Positions 1 through 7,540 of a stretch of 29,466 nt of DNA are shown piece after piece (position 1 is the stretch's first letter; each line of letters opens with the position of its first letter). The notes beneath the pieces were generated by a model, which had not been told where the DNA came from, made no database searches, and saw only the letters and a program-made list of their open reading frames with translations. The translations under genes and the position numbers were made by a program. This DNA is from a virus (lineage: Duplodnaviria > Caudoviricetes): positions 1 to 29,466 of the IMG/VR virus record IMGVR_UViG_3300047457_000179; one strand, written 5' to 3'.

Positions 1-63
1 CCTCAGGTAGGTTAAAGGTTAGTTTTGCTTTCATAGGTTTCGTTGTAGTATTGTTCTGCTGTT
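1..63. repeat. Terminal direct repeat, copy 1 (matches 29323-29385)
   Basis: 1-41 is identical to 29323-29363, there is one mismatch (g/t) at 42, then identity to 63. Confidence 0.95.
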
Positions 64-242
64 CTATTGTCGGTATACGTTAATACTCCATCAATTTTTG
101 CTCTAATGTTCCATGCCTTAATTATCTGCTCTCTCTCCATTTCTTTGGCTTTGTCATAAAAAACTTTAGGAACATTAAAACCCTCTAGTATTAATTCATC
201 AACCAACCAATCTACTGCTGTGACTGATTTATTATTTTCCAT
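12..242 (-). CDS. Small phage hypothetical protein, TAVxWL...KEMExEQI...AEQYYNETY type
   Basis: 76-aa ORF overlapping the HNH gene end. A variant C-terminal half is encoded at 29334-29465. Confidence 0.8.
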   Translation of the reverse strand: MENNKSVTAVDWLVDELILEGFNVPKVFYDKAKEMEREQIIKAWNIRAKIDGVLTYTDNRTAEQYYNETYESKTNL

Positions 243-714
243 AAAATTCTAAATTTGTTTTATTAGTTCTATTATTTAACAACATATTTCTTAGATGACT
301 TACACTCCATCCTGTTTGTCTTGATGCTTCTGAAATACTTTCGTATAAAATACCTGATACTTTATCAATAACACTCATCATATTTGGCTTTGTAACCTGT
401 TGTAATCCATTAGCAAATGAATGCAATGCATTCTCAGATTGAGTAGCCCACTCTAAGTTATCTAATTTATTGTCATTCTTTATACCATTTTTATGGTTTA
501 CTTGTAATTTATTTTCAGGGTTATCAATAAAACTTTCAGCTAATATTCTATGTTGACTTATTGTTTTTGATTTACCATTAATCCAAATAGTACATCTCAT
601 ATACCCATTTGAATCTTTTGACCACTTTTTTAATTTACCTGTTAGTGTATTTAATAAAGTACCATCTTCACATATTTGATAATTTGTACCTTTTATAAAT
701 GCTGTTTGTTTCAT
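232..714 (-). CDS. NUMOD4-HNH homing endonuclease with C-terminal NUMOD1-like HTH
   Basis: Motifs YQICEDG, HRILAESFIDNPENKLQVNHKNGIKNDNKLDNLEWATQSENALH and YESISEASRQTG. Visibly more AT-rich than the rest of the genome. Confidence 0.9.
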   Translation of the reverse strand: MKQTAFIKGTNYQICEDGTLLNTLTGKLKKWSKDSNGYMRCTIWINGKSKTISQHRILAESFIDNPENKLQVNHKNGIKNDNKLDNLEWATQSENALHSFANGLQQVTKPNMMSVIDKVSGILYESISEASRQTGWSVSHLRNMLLNNRTNKTNLEFYGK

Positions 715-815
715 ATTATTGATTTATTATTTCGTGCAGTAAATAGCACTATATTATACATCCATTGGTTTTTCTTGTGTAATTGAATTAAATAGTGCAT
801 CTTAAAGCACTTCAT
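711..815 (-). CDS. Putative 34-aa micro-ORF MKCFKMHYLIQLHKKNQWMYNIVLFTARNNKSII
   Basis: Translated by hand. ATGA overlaps at both ends (exonuclease stop 812-814, HNH start 712-714) fill the gap exactly. Confidence 0.45.
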   Translation of the reverse strand: MKCFKMHYLIQLHKKNQWMYNIVLFTARNNKSII

Positions 816-1435
816 TTATTCTGCAATTGGGTTAATACTTGCTCATAGAACAGGCTCGCAGCCAGTAACTGCTCCTGCATCCTTATCTCTATCTCTGCAT
901 CACGCTCAAAGGTGATGGATGTGATACGCTTCGCAGGATCAATGTGATCTACCTCATGAATATCCATAGGATCGTATTGGCTGAGTAGCTCAGGGTAAGT
1001 ACTTACCATTGCATACACTAGCTCAAAGCTATCTCGATCGTAAAGATACATATAAGCACGGCCCTGCCATTCGTAGTCATTGAGGTCTTTGAGCTCAAAT
1101 GTGGTAGCAGGAAATGTCTCAAGGGACCAGGAGCTCTTGATATCAATGATGCTATCCTCCGTGATAATATCACAGCATCCTGTCAAATACTCATTTTCTT
1201 CCCTCTGCTCGTTTTTAACGTAGTTTTGGAACCTTACCCCATTGAGAAGGTCAATAGAGTCCTGTTCCTGCTCTATGCCCTTGAGAACGTACTTATTCAT
1301 GAGCTGAGTACGGTACCCATAGAAGTCCTGCTTAGCCTGCTCAATGATGTAGCTCTTGGCAGTTTGACCTAATACCTCCCCCTTAGTCCTGGAGGAGGTC
1401 ATTAGCTTACCTAATTGTGATGCTCGGAACTTCAT
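812..1435 (-). CDS. YqaJ/lambda-exonuclease-like recombination nuclease
   Basis: FRASQLGKLM N-terminus, GIEQE, PD-(D/E)xK-like motif GCCDI...IIDIKSSW and YEWQGRAYM. Adjacent to ERF. Confidence 0.85.
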   Translation of the reverse strand: MKFRASQLGKLMTSSRTKGEVLGQTAKSYIIEQAKQDFYGYRTQLMNKYVLKGIEQEQDSIDLLNGVRFQNYVKNEQREENEYLTGCCDIITEDSIIDIKSSWSLETFPATTFELKDLNDYEWQGRAYMYLYDRDSFELVYAMVSTYPELLSQYDPMDIHEVDHIDPAKRITSITFERDAEIEIRMQEQLLAASLFYEQVLTQLQNK

Positions 1436-1968
1436 AGCTTCCCCTCCTGCTCTTTGGTTAGTGAATAGGTAGCTCTAAGGTCCTCAACGGTGTATCTGCC
1501 ATCTTGGATAGCTTGAAGTGCACTATTGAACCTGTCAGGTGTTAGGTTAGGCTTAGCCTTTGGAGCTCTTGAAGCCTCATGACCATCATCATCCACAGCT
1601 TGTAAGGATAGCAAAGATACAAGGGTATATCTACGGAAGTAAGTAACGGCACCGCCTAGCTTTTGGGCATCAGTGATGGGAGGTAAAGTAAGGTAGCAAT
1701 CTACCTTATCACCTGTCTCAACATCCACAATACAGGTGCATACCTTATCATCAATGATTGGCTGTATCAACAGCAGACCATGATCCAGGAGAATAGGCTC
1801 AACCGTATCAATAATGCTGTTAATGTCGGCATAGTTACGCTTCAGATGGGGGTTGGTAGCATTCTTAATGACCTTACCCATTGACTGCTTAGCCAGGTGT
1901 AGCTTTTGGTAGATGTTTAGGCTTGCTGCCTGAGGTACTACCTCCTCTTTTTTTACTCTTGTTGTCAT
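1432..1968 (-). CDS. ERF-family single-strand annealing protein
   Basis: KNATNPHLKRNYAD and the ERF signature QKLGGAVTYFRRYTL...DDDG. Confidence 0.9.
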   Translation of the reverse strand: MTTRVKKEEVVPQAASLNIYQKLHLAKQSMGKVIKNATNPHLKRNYADINSIIDTVEPILLDHGLLLIQPIIDDKVCTCIVDVETGDKVDCYLTLPPITDAQKLGGAVTYFRRYTLVSLLSLQAVDDDGHEASRAPKAKPNLTPDRFNSALQAIQDGRYTVEDLRATYSLTKEQEGKL

Positions 1969-1986
1969 ACTAAAAGGGTTTAATTT

Positions 1987-2439
1987 TTACAAAGATACAA
2001 AATTATTGTACCATTCAACAAATTCATCAAAGTTTTTTGCGATAATATACACACCCCCTGCCCTCTCAATCATTTCCTGGTATCTCTTCTGTGCCTCTGA
2101 CTGCCTATCCTTACCAATCTTCACCTCTATCTTAACACTTCTGCCCTTGATGGTAGCAGATATATCAGCACTCCCTGCAGTAGAGGTGCCTTTAGTCCAT
2201 TGAATGCCTGCCACTGAGCCATCAGTTCGGTACTTAGTACGTGCCACACCCATGGTGTTGATACGTTCAGCCTGATATCCATGCAGGTTAATCCAGTCAC
2301 AGATAGCTTTGGTCAGTCCATTGGCGGTTGAGTCGGTGTATTTATGTTTCATGATATAGTCTTTGGGGAAATGTGGTGTTTTCTCAAGTATCTTCTTAAC
2401 CTTGAGCTCATGCAGTATTTTAATGTGGTCTTTGTTCAT
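1987..2439 (-). CDS. VRR-NUC domain nuclease (putative Holliday junction resolvase)
   Basis: GSADI...KIEVKIGKDRQSEAQKRYQEMIERAGGVYIIA. Confidence 0.85.
   Translation of the reverse strand: MNKDHIKILHELKVKKILEKTPHFPKDYIMKHKYTDSTANGLTKAICDWINLHGYQAERINTMGVARTKYRTDGSVAGIQWTKGTSTAGSADISATIKGRSVKIEVKIGKDRQSEAQKRYQEMIERAGGVYIIAKNFDEFVEWYNNFVSL
1990..2022 (-). promoter_or_regulatory. Bacteroidota housekeeping-sigma promoter upstream of ERF/exonuclease
   Basis: Minus strand TATCTTTG (1990-1997) matches TAnnTTTG, with TTG/TTTG 18-21 nt upstream. Confidence 0.65.
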
Positions 2440-2635
2440 CTTCTAATGGTTCTATATACCACCACTCAGGTGATATTTCGGTTTTTAATCTTTTATCATC
2501 TTTATCCTCCTCACCACTCCATATAATTTTAGTTAATATATACTTTGTGACTTTCCCTTCCACAATTTCGGATACTATTCCTTCAAAATAACAATCACCA
2601 TCCTCTACATCTCTTATTTTATCTCCTATTTTCAT
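2420..2635 (-). CDS. Hypothetical protein (likely start MKIGDKIRD)
   Basis: ATG at 2635 overlaps the upstream gene end. AT-rich. Confidence 0.6.
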   Translation of the reverse strand: MKIGDKIRDVEDGDCYFEGIVSEIVEGKVTKYILTKIIWSGEEDKDDKRLKTEISPEWWYIEPLEDEQRPH

Positions 2636-2856
2636 AGCTTTACTTTGGTATATGTTATCTCCTCCCCTTTCCATGCCTTAATGATGTACTCACCAGGGGG
2701 AAGGTGGAGCTCCTCCTCTCCAAGGGTAGGTACTGTATCTGTATATCCAATCACTTGGATGTAATCATATCCTCGGATGCTATATGCATCACATTTTGCT
2801 GAGCTCTTACAGCTTAACAGGCTGAGTAGGAGTAAGGTAGAAATGGCGGCCTTCAT
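2632..2856 (-). CDS. Small putative lipoprotein
   Basis: Signal peptide MKAAISTLLLLSLLSC ends in a lipobox Cys. Confidence 0.65.
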   Translation of the reverse strand: MKAAISTLLLLSLLSCKSSAKCDAYSIRGYDYIQVIGYTDTVPTLGEEELHLPPGEYIIKAWKGEEITYTKVKL

Positions 2857-5131
2857 GGTTACGGTGTTTAGTTAATTTATATTTCATGTGAGTTGCATAG
2901 CAATCAATCCATCGAGCAAAGACTTGAGGTTTCAAATCCTTGAAGCCATTGGTCTCTTCCTGGAATTGTTGCATGAGTCCTTTGTACCGGTGCAAGTGGG
3001 AACCATCCGCAGTGAGGGGTGTATCCTCCACGAAGTCATAGAACTCCTTGCAGGTGTTTTGAATAAATTTCTTGATGTCGCTGTTGATTCCTGTGGTTTG
3101 GTACAGCCCATGCTCAAGGTAGTACTTGATATTATCAATCATGTAGTTATCGAAGTAGCTCCACTCCTCCTGTGTCCATTGGTCGAATAGCTTGCACCCA
3201 TACTCATCAATGGGGCTATGGTTAGCATTGAAGTATTGGTTAAACTCAACCTCATGTCTTCTGCGGTCATGACTCCCCCCTGCTCCTGCTATCACATAGT
3301 TGGTCGTTATCACTATTTTAGGGCTCCTTTCGTATGGGATATAGTACTCATCCTTGTTCTTTCGGTTGACAGGGATACCCTCAGTGATGAGGCTGAACAA
3401 CTGCTCAAAGTTGAAGTGCTTTTTGACATCATCAAAAGCCAATACCTGTGTATCAGGGTTAACCCTTGAGTAGGCAAAATCATTCTTACCTGGATTAAAG
3501 AGTTTACCATCAATCTTGACTATCTTACGGATGTGTCCAAGGGCTGTGAGCATAAGTGATTTACCACTCCCTCCATTGGGGTTATCATCTATCTCCTCAT
3601 CATTGAAGATAACTGCCTTTTGGTCTGCCTTGTCCTTATACGTATGGAGTAGGTACCCTATGGTGGTCCTCATGGACTTGATGCGGTTGGAGTCCTGGGC
3701 CGATATCTTGTTAACGAAATCCTGGAAGTTGTTCTCATAGGTATCCTCCACCTTAAACTCCCTCGGTATTATTTGGTCTCTCCAGATGTACCCATCAATA
3801 TCAATGTAGCTGAGTAGCTTGACCTTGTTCTTAGTGATCACTGCCACCCCATTGGTAAAGGGTAGGTAACACTCGGTCTTTGAGTCCTGCAGGATACGCA
3901 TATCAATGGAGTCAAGCATATTAAGGTGCCCAGGTGTGAACAGTTGCGAGCTCTTAGCACAATGGTTGTAGACATCCATCAGCTCACGCTCCATTAGATA
4001 GGTGAGTACATGGTCCTTTATCTTCTCCACTGAGCTCTCTTGGACCTTATTCTCTGTTATGTACACAAAAATAGGGTTATTTGAACGCTCAGGGTAATAC
4101 TTAGCGAACCCTTGCTTATGCAGCCATGCAGCATACTTGTTGGGGATGATATTAACGGTGTTTTTTTTTACCTCCCAAAATATATCCTCCTCCTTTTGGA
4201 TGGCCTTGATGTCCTCCTTAGATACGCTCAGTTGCTTGCTAATGTCCTCTGGGGGTATTCCTTGCTTCAGTTTATTCTTAATACCTTGGATAGCCTCCAC
4301 ATCCTCAAACACTTTGAGCCCGAACTGAGCCTGCTTGTATGCATTCCTTACGGTATTGGTTATCTCGGTAGCTCCAAAGCCTTCCTGCGTATATTGTAGT
4401 AGTGTATTCTCCGCAGTTGTGAGGGGAATAGAGTACTCACATAGGCAGCAGGCTACCTTGTAGATGTAGTTAGCCCTATTTCCCTCCTTAAATTCACCAT
4501 GGTTAAACTTCAGCACCTTCTCAATAATGCGGTTCTCATTGGTTACAATCACCTTGGGGGTATATTCACTACGGTGATACCCTGTATCCTCCACAATACC
4601 TGTGTAGATGGCGGCAAATTCATTCAGGTAGGCCTCGGGGTCATAGGACTCAAAGCAAACCCTTGAGATATTCTTGTTGGAGGTATCAAAATACTCACTC
4701 TTAATGTACTGCTCATAGTGGCTGAACCTCCTCCGGTGCTCTACCTTGTCGCACTGAGGTATCCTAATCACTACCTTGAGGCCCTTACCACTTGGAGACG
4801 TAAATAGCATATATGTGTACTTATCGTCAATAAGCCTCTTCCGTTCTGCTGCCATGGTCTCAGCATCGGGGTACTTGTCAAAGTCCAGGATACACAGCCC
4901 AGAGTGCTCAACAAGGCCATCATCCTTCCGCTCGGAGAACGTACCATTGAACATGATCGCCATAAGGGTATTCTTGAGCTCGTTGTTGCCCTTCCGGATG
5001 GCCTTAATCTTACTAATTAAATCAGGTGTGCCTACCTGTATTCTGTTATGCACCTCTATTGCCTTAATAGAGAAGGGTGTCTCTTTAGAATTGTAGAGAC
5101 TTTTGAAAATTGATATATAAGGGTTATACAT
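2807..5131 (-). CDS. Primase-helicase (BT4734/VirE-N-type primase, PriCT-like domain, P-loop helicase)
   Basis: LDFD and SPSGKGLKV (primase), EGNRANYIY (PriCT), Walker A NGGSGKS, Walker B FDDV and ITTNY. The likely start is MYNPY at 5131 because the upstream extension is iteron sequence. Confidence 0.88.
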   Translation of the reverse strand: MYNPYISIFKSLYNSKETPFSIKAIEVHNRIQVGTPDLISKIKAIRKGNNELKNTLMAIMFNGTFSERKDDGLVEHSGLCILDFDKYPDAETMAAERKRLIDDKYTYMLFTSPSGKGLKVVIRIPQCDKVEHRRRFSHYEQYIKSEYFDTSNKNISRVCFESYDPEAYLNEFAAIYTGIVEDTGYHRSEYTPKVIVTNENRIIEKVLKFNHGEFKEGNRANYIYKVACCLCEYSIPLTTAENTLLQYTQEGFGATEITNTVRNAYKQAQFGLKVFEDVEAIQGIKNKLKQGIPPEDISKQLSVSKEDIKAIQKEEDIFWEVKKNTVNIIPNKYAAWLHKQGFAKYYPERSNNPIFVYITENKVQESSVEKIKDHVLTYLMERELMDVYNHCAKSSQLFTPGHLNMLDSIDMRILQDSKTECYLPFTNGVAVITKNKVKLLSYIDIDGYIWRDQIIPREFKVEDTYENNFQDFVNKISAQDSNRIKSMRTTIGYLLHTYKDKADQKAVIFNDEEIDDNPNGGSGKSLMLTALGHIRKIVKIDGKLFNPGKNDFAYSRVNPDTQVLAFDDVKKHFNFEQLFSLITEGIPVNRKNKDEYYIPYERSPKIVITTNYVIAGAGGSHDRRRHEVEFNQYFNANHSPIDEYGCKLFDQWTQEEWSYFDNYMIDNIKYYLEHGLYQTTGINSDIKKFIQNTCKEFYDFVEDTPLTADGSHLHRYKGLMQQFQEETNGFKDLKPQVFARWIDCYATHMKYKLTKHRNHEGRHFYLTPTQPVKL

Positions 5132-5136
5132 GGTTA

Positions 5137-5168
5137 CAAATATATTAAATAATTCTAATTCGTGACAA
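5137..5168 (-). promoter_or_regulatory. Putative promoter for primase-helicase, overlapping the first iteron
   Basis: TATATTTG (5137-5144) lies 5 nt before the ATG. TTG at 5166-5168 (21-nt spacer) lies within an iteron. Confidence 0.55.
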
Positions 5169-5356
5169 CTCCGTGACAACCGTGACAACTCCGTGACAAC
5201 TCAAAGGGGGTAGTTGTCACGCCTATAAGCCCCGTCAGTATTGGGTTTCTTGTGTTTCCGTGACAACGTGACAACTCAAAGTCAACTTTTTGGGGGGTGA
5301 ATATACTCGTATTAAATATATGGCTCATATGCATTTGGGTTGTCACGTCGTCACGG
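5161..5356. repeat. Iteron array (CGTGACAAC), putative replication origin
   Basis: Direct copies at 5161, 5172, 5181, 5192, 5259 and 5267. Inverted copies at 5213 and 5339, plus a partial copy at ~5348. Intergenic and next to the primase gene. Confidence 0.85.
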
Positions 5357-5361
5357 ATGGG

Positions 5362-5388
5362 CAAAAAGAAAGGGAGCCGAAGCCCCCT
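5362..5388 (-). terminator. Rho-independent terminator
   Basis: Minus strand AGGGGGC-TTCG-GCTCCCT followed by TTCTTTTT (cUUCGg loop). Confidence 0.9.
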
Positions 5389-5406
5389 AACGTATTAACC
5401 CTTATC

Positions 5407-5871
5407 TTATGACATGGCAAATATCTCGCTTAATTGCTTACCTGTCAAGGGTTTTTCAAAATTGGTTAATAACTTTGGAGGAAAGTTTCCATTGATAGTT
5501 ACCTCCACATTCTCCGTGTCAACCTCATTGTATTTTACCTTGTAGGTTGTCACGGGGTTGTCATGGGTTGTCACGGTGAGCAGTTGAGGAACCGGGTTAA
5601 TGGCTGCCAGGTACTTGTTATCGTTCACCTTCCACCACAAGTCATGCATCTTAATGCCATAGACTATTGTGCTGTGGTTCAATCCAAGGTAGTACCCTGC
5701 AAGCTGCACTGTCATGTGCCTCCTACGTACCAGGTAATGAGCTAAGAAATACCTCTTATAGACGTACTCTTGTTTCCTGGTCCTCCTAAGTAGGTTGAAG
5801 TCATCAATGATCTTTACTATGTCCATGTTCTGCACCTTGGATAGGTGGTATAGTTCGTCAATCATTAACAT
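5407..5871 (-). CDS. DnaA domain IV (Bac_DnaA_C)-like HTH DNA-binding protein
   Basis: RTRKQEYVYKRYFLAHYL...MTVQLAGYYLGLNHSTIVYG resembles the R.R....AR..AMYL...SL..IG..FG.DHSTV pattern. Confidence 0.65.
   Translation of the reverse strand: MLMIDELYHLSKVQNMDIVKIIDDFNLLRRTRKQEYVYKRYFLAHYLVRRRHMTVQLAGYYLGLNHSTIVYGIKMHDLWWKVNDNKYLAAINPVPQLLTVTTHDNPVTTYKVKYNEVDTENVEVTINGNFPPKLLTNFEKPLTGKQLSEIFAMS
5546..5575. repeat. Three intragenic iteron copies (GTTGTCACG, GTTGTCATG, GTTGTCACG)
   Basis: Located at 5546, 5557 and 5567 inside CDS 5407-5871, within the stretch encoding TVTTHDNPVTT. Confidence 0.85.
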
Positions 5872-6056
5872 AGCTCTTCAATTTTGTACCCCCACTGGAG
5901 ATATTGTTCTAAGGTGTCAAGCTCCTCATCTTGCTCGTCAAAGCTATTTAGTTCGTGGAGGTATCCATTGGCATCTAAGCCCATGTAACACCATACTCCT
6001 CCCTCGGGCTGAACCGTATCAGGTAGCCACATTCTGTAGTATTTTGTGTACTTCAT
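5865..6056 (-). CDS. Hypothetical protein
   Basis: 63-aa ORF overlapping both neighbours. Confidence 0.7.
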   Translation of the reverse strand: MKYTKYYRMWLPDTVQPEGGVWCYMGLDANGYLHELNSFDEQDEELDTLEQYLQWGYKIEELC

Positions 6057-6301
6057 TGTTCTAATCGTTTTGGGTCATTAACTCCTTTGAACAGGTTGCT
6101 TGTGGTAGCTATCATGCCTGTTGCTTTCATAAAATCAACCTCAGCCTTAGCACTGTTAATTACAGAGTTTGACAGGTTAGATATTGCCTGTGCTTTCTCC
6201 ACTTCCGTAGCCAATTGCTCAGGTGTTAATTCATCATCGTTCAATCTTTCGAGTGCTGCAAAGAGGTGGTCTCTTAGATCATTCATTCCGTTTCTTGCCA
6301 T
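6053..6301 (-). CDS. Helical phage protein of the type usually paired with the upstream HNH family
   Basis: DLRDHLFAALERLND...EVEKAQAISNLSNSVINSAKAEVDF. Confidence 0.8.
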   Translation of the reverse strand: MARNGMNDLRDHLFAALERLNDDELTPEQLATEVEKAQAISNLSNSVINSAKAEVDFMKATGMIATTSNLFKGVNDPKRLEQ

Positions 6302-6902
6302 TTTGTTTTTGTTTTAGTTGTTTATTTAATTTACTCTTTAATCTTATCACGCTCTGCAATTCACCTGGGAACCGTTGTATGCTGTTCCGTATTGCATTCT
6401 CACGCATTGGGATGCACTCAAGGTTCTCAATGTCAAGGTTGAGGTTGTTGCCATCCTTAAATCTAACCACATGGCCTTTGGGTATTGGTCCATAAATAGA
6501 CTCCCACATCAACCGATGAGTGAGCACCCAAAGGCTATCCTTTACCTTAGTATATGAGTAGGGCCTTCCTGTCTTGTCATACCGGATGGTGGTTGCATTA
6601 GGCTCCCTGGTGTTGAAGGGCTTGTTGCCAGGTTTGTACATGGTACGTTCCACCTTAGCATAGAGCTCACTGCTCATCTTCTTACCCTTGTTGTGTGCCT
6701 CATGACCAGGTTTCCATCTGCTGTTGATACCTGAGTTGAGTGCATGCCTTCTGTTCTGCAGGTACTTGATACGTGGGTTTTTCTTTATGCCCATGTTAAA
6801 CACTCTATTGTAGAGCTGTGAGGTGGTGTATCCAAGGTAGTCACATAGTGCCCTGCTGGGTACGGTAGGGTAAAGTATTCTAATTAACTGCTCCTTATTC
6901 AT
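6279..6902 (-). CDS. HNH endonuclease with NUMOD3-like repeats
   Basis: RWKPGHEAHNKG and MYKPGNKPFN repeats, plus HRLMWESIYGPIPKGHVVRFKDGNNLNLDIENLECI. Confidence 0.88.
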   Translation of the reverse strand: MNKEQLIRILYPTVPSRALCDYLGYTTSQLYNRVFNMGIKKNPRIKYLQNRRHALNSGINSRWKPGHEAHNKGKKMSSELYAKVERTMYKPGNKPFNTREPNATTIRYDKTGRPYSYTKVKDSLWVLTHRLMWESIYGPIPKGHVVRFKDGNNLNLDIENLECIPMRENAIRNSIQRFPGELQSVIRLKSKLNKQLKQKQNGKKRNE

Positions 6903-7161
6903 GCCTTGATAATTTTGAAGTTACCCATTTGACAATCCCCTGAAAGTAGGAGCTCTTTTTGTTTCCACCGGCAGAGTCCTCTGCTTGTGAACACCCATTC
7001 TCGGATGAGTTGGGTGTGGATGTAGTATTGAAGTCTGAACATTTGGCTTTGCATTTTAGATATTCGTAATATAGCTCAGTATTGAAGCTACCTCCTATGT
7101 CATGGCTGAAGGACTGAGACCTCCACCACCGTGCACATTCATATAGTGTTTTCCCTTTCAT
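6895..7161 (-). CDS. Hypothetical early protein
   Basis: 88-aa ORF coupled to the upstream gene. The C-terminal half is Ser/Asn-rich where it overlaps the nested ORF. Confidence 0.6.
   Translation of the reverse strand: MKGKTLYECARWWRSQSFSHDIGGSFNTELYYEYLKCKAKCSDFNTTSTPNSSENGCSQAEDSAGGNKKSSYFQGIVKWVTSKLSRHE
6899..7042 (-). CDS. 47-aa nested ORF MFRLQYYIHTQLIREWVFTSRGLCRWKQKELLLSGDCQMGNFKIIKA
   Basis: Translated by hand. Its stop overlaps the HNH ATG (ATGA) and it lies inside 6895-7161 in another frame. Confidence 0.55.
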   Translation of the reverse strand: MFRLQYYIHTQLIREWVFTSRGLCRWKQKELLLSGDCQMGNFKIIKA

Positions 7162-7451
7162 AGCGTATCTTCGTAAAATAATTTCATAGTATGAGCATTG
7201 GGTCCATCAGGGTGCTTGAGTGCCTCATTGATTAACTGCTGAATAGCCTTGAGCTCGGATAATGTTAGCACATAGCGGAGGTCTCTTAAGATATCATCCC
7301 CTGCATAGAACTCCTGCCAGGCTATCCAAGCAGGTCTGCCTGCATTGCTCTGCACATAGCTCACCATCCCCATTATCTCGGTACCTGTATCTCTTGTGAA
7401 CCTTACATCCACATTGTAGTTGTCATGAAATTCCATCCAAGTTATCTGCAT
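7158..7451 (-). CDS. Hypothetical early protein
   Basis: 97-aa ORF in a tightly packed operon. Confidence 0.7.
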   Translation of the reverse strand: MQITWMEFHDNYNVDVRFTRDTGTEIMGMVSYVQSNAGRPAWIAWQEFYAGDDILRDLRYVLTLSELKAIQQLINEALKHPDGPNAHTMKLFYEDTL

Positions 7452-7540
7452 AGCATAAAGATTAAGAGGTGATACATAGCTACCGGTACAGCTACCACCA
7501 CAATGGCAGCAAAAACATCGTCAAGTACTTTATTTTTCAT
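7442..7540 (-). CDS. 32-aa single-TM microprotein MKNKVLDDVFAAIVVVAVPVAMYHLLIFMLCR
   Basis: Translated by hand. Fills the 7451-7530 gap, overlaps both neighbours and has a hydrophobic stretch. Confidence 0.6.
   Translation of the reverse strand: MKNKVLDDVFAAIVVVAVPVAMYHLLIFMLCR

Noticed and set aside
1-132. Diversity-generating retroelement (VR/TR pair) as the cause of the terminal variants
   Set aside because: There is no reverse transcriptase, and the difference is a block replacement of different length, not adenine-specific substitution.
5161-5356. Possible CRISPR or mini-array
   Set aside because: The repeats are only 9 bp, irregularly spaced and in both orientations, with no spacer-sized periodicity and no cas genes.
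5155-5364. 69-aa ORF and the 19-aa N-terminal extension of the primase
   Set aside because: These are translations of the iteron array (repeated LSRSCH) and lie between a terminator and the primase promoter.
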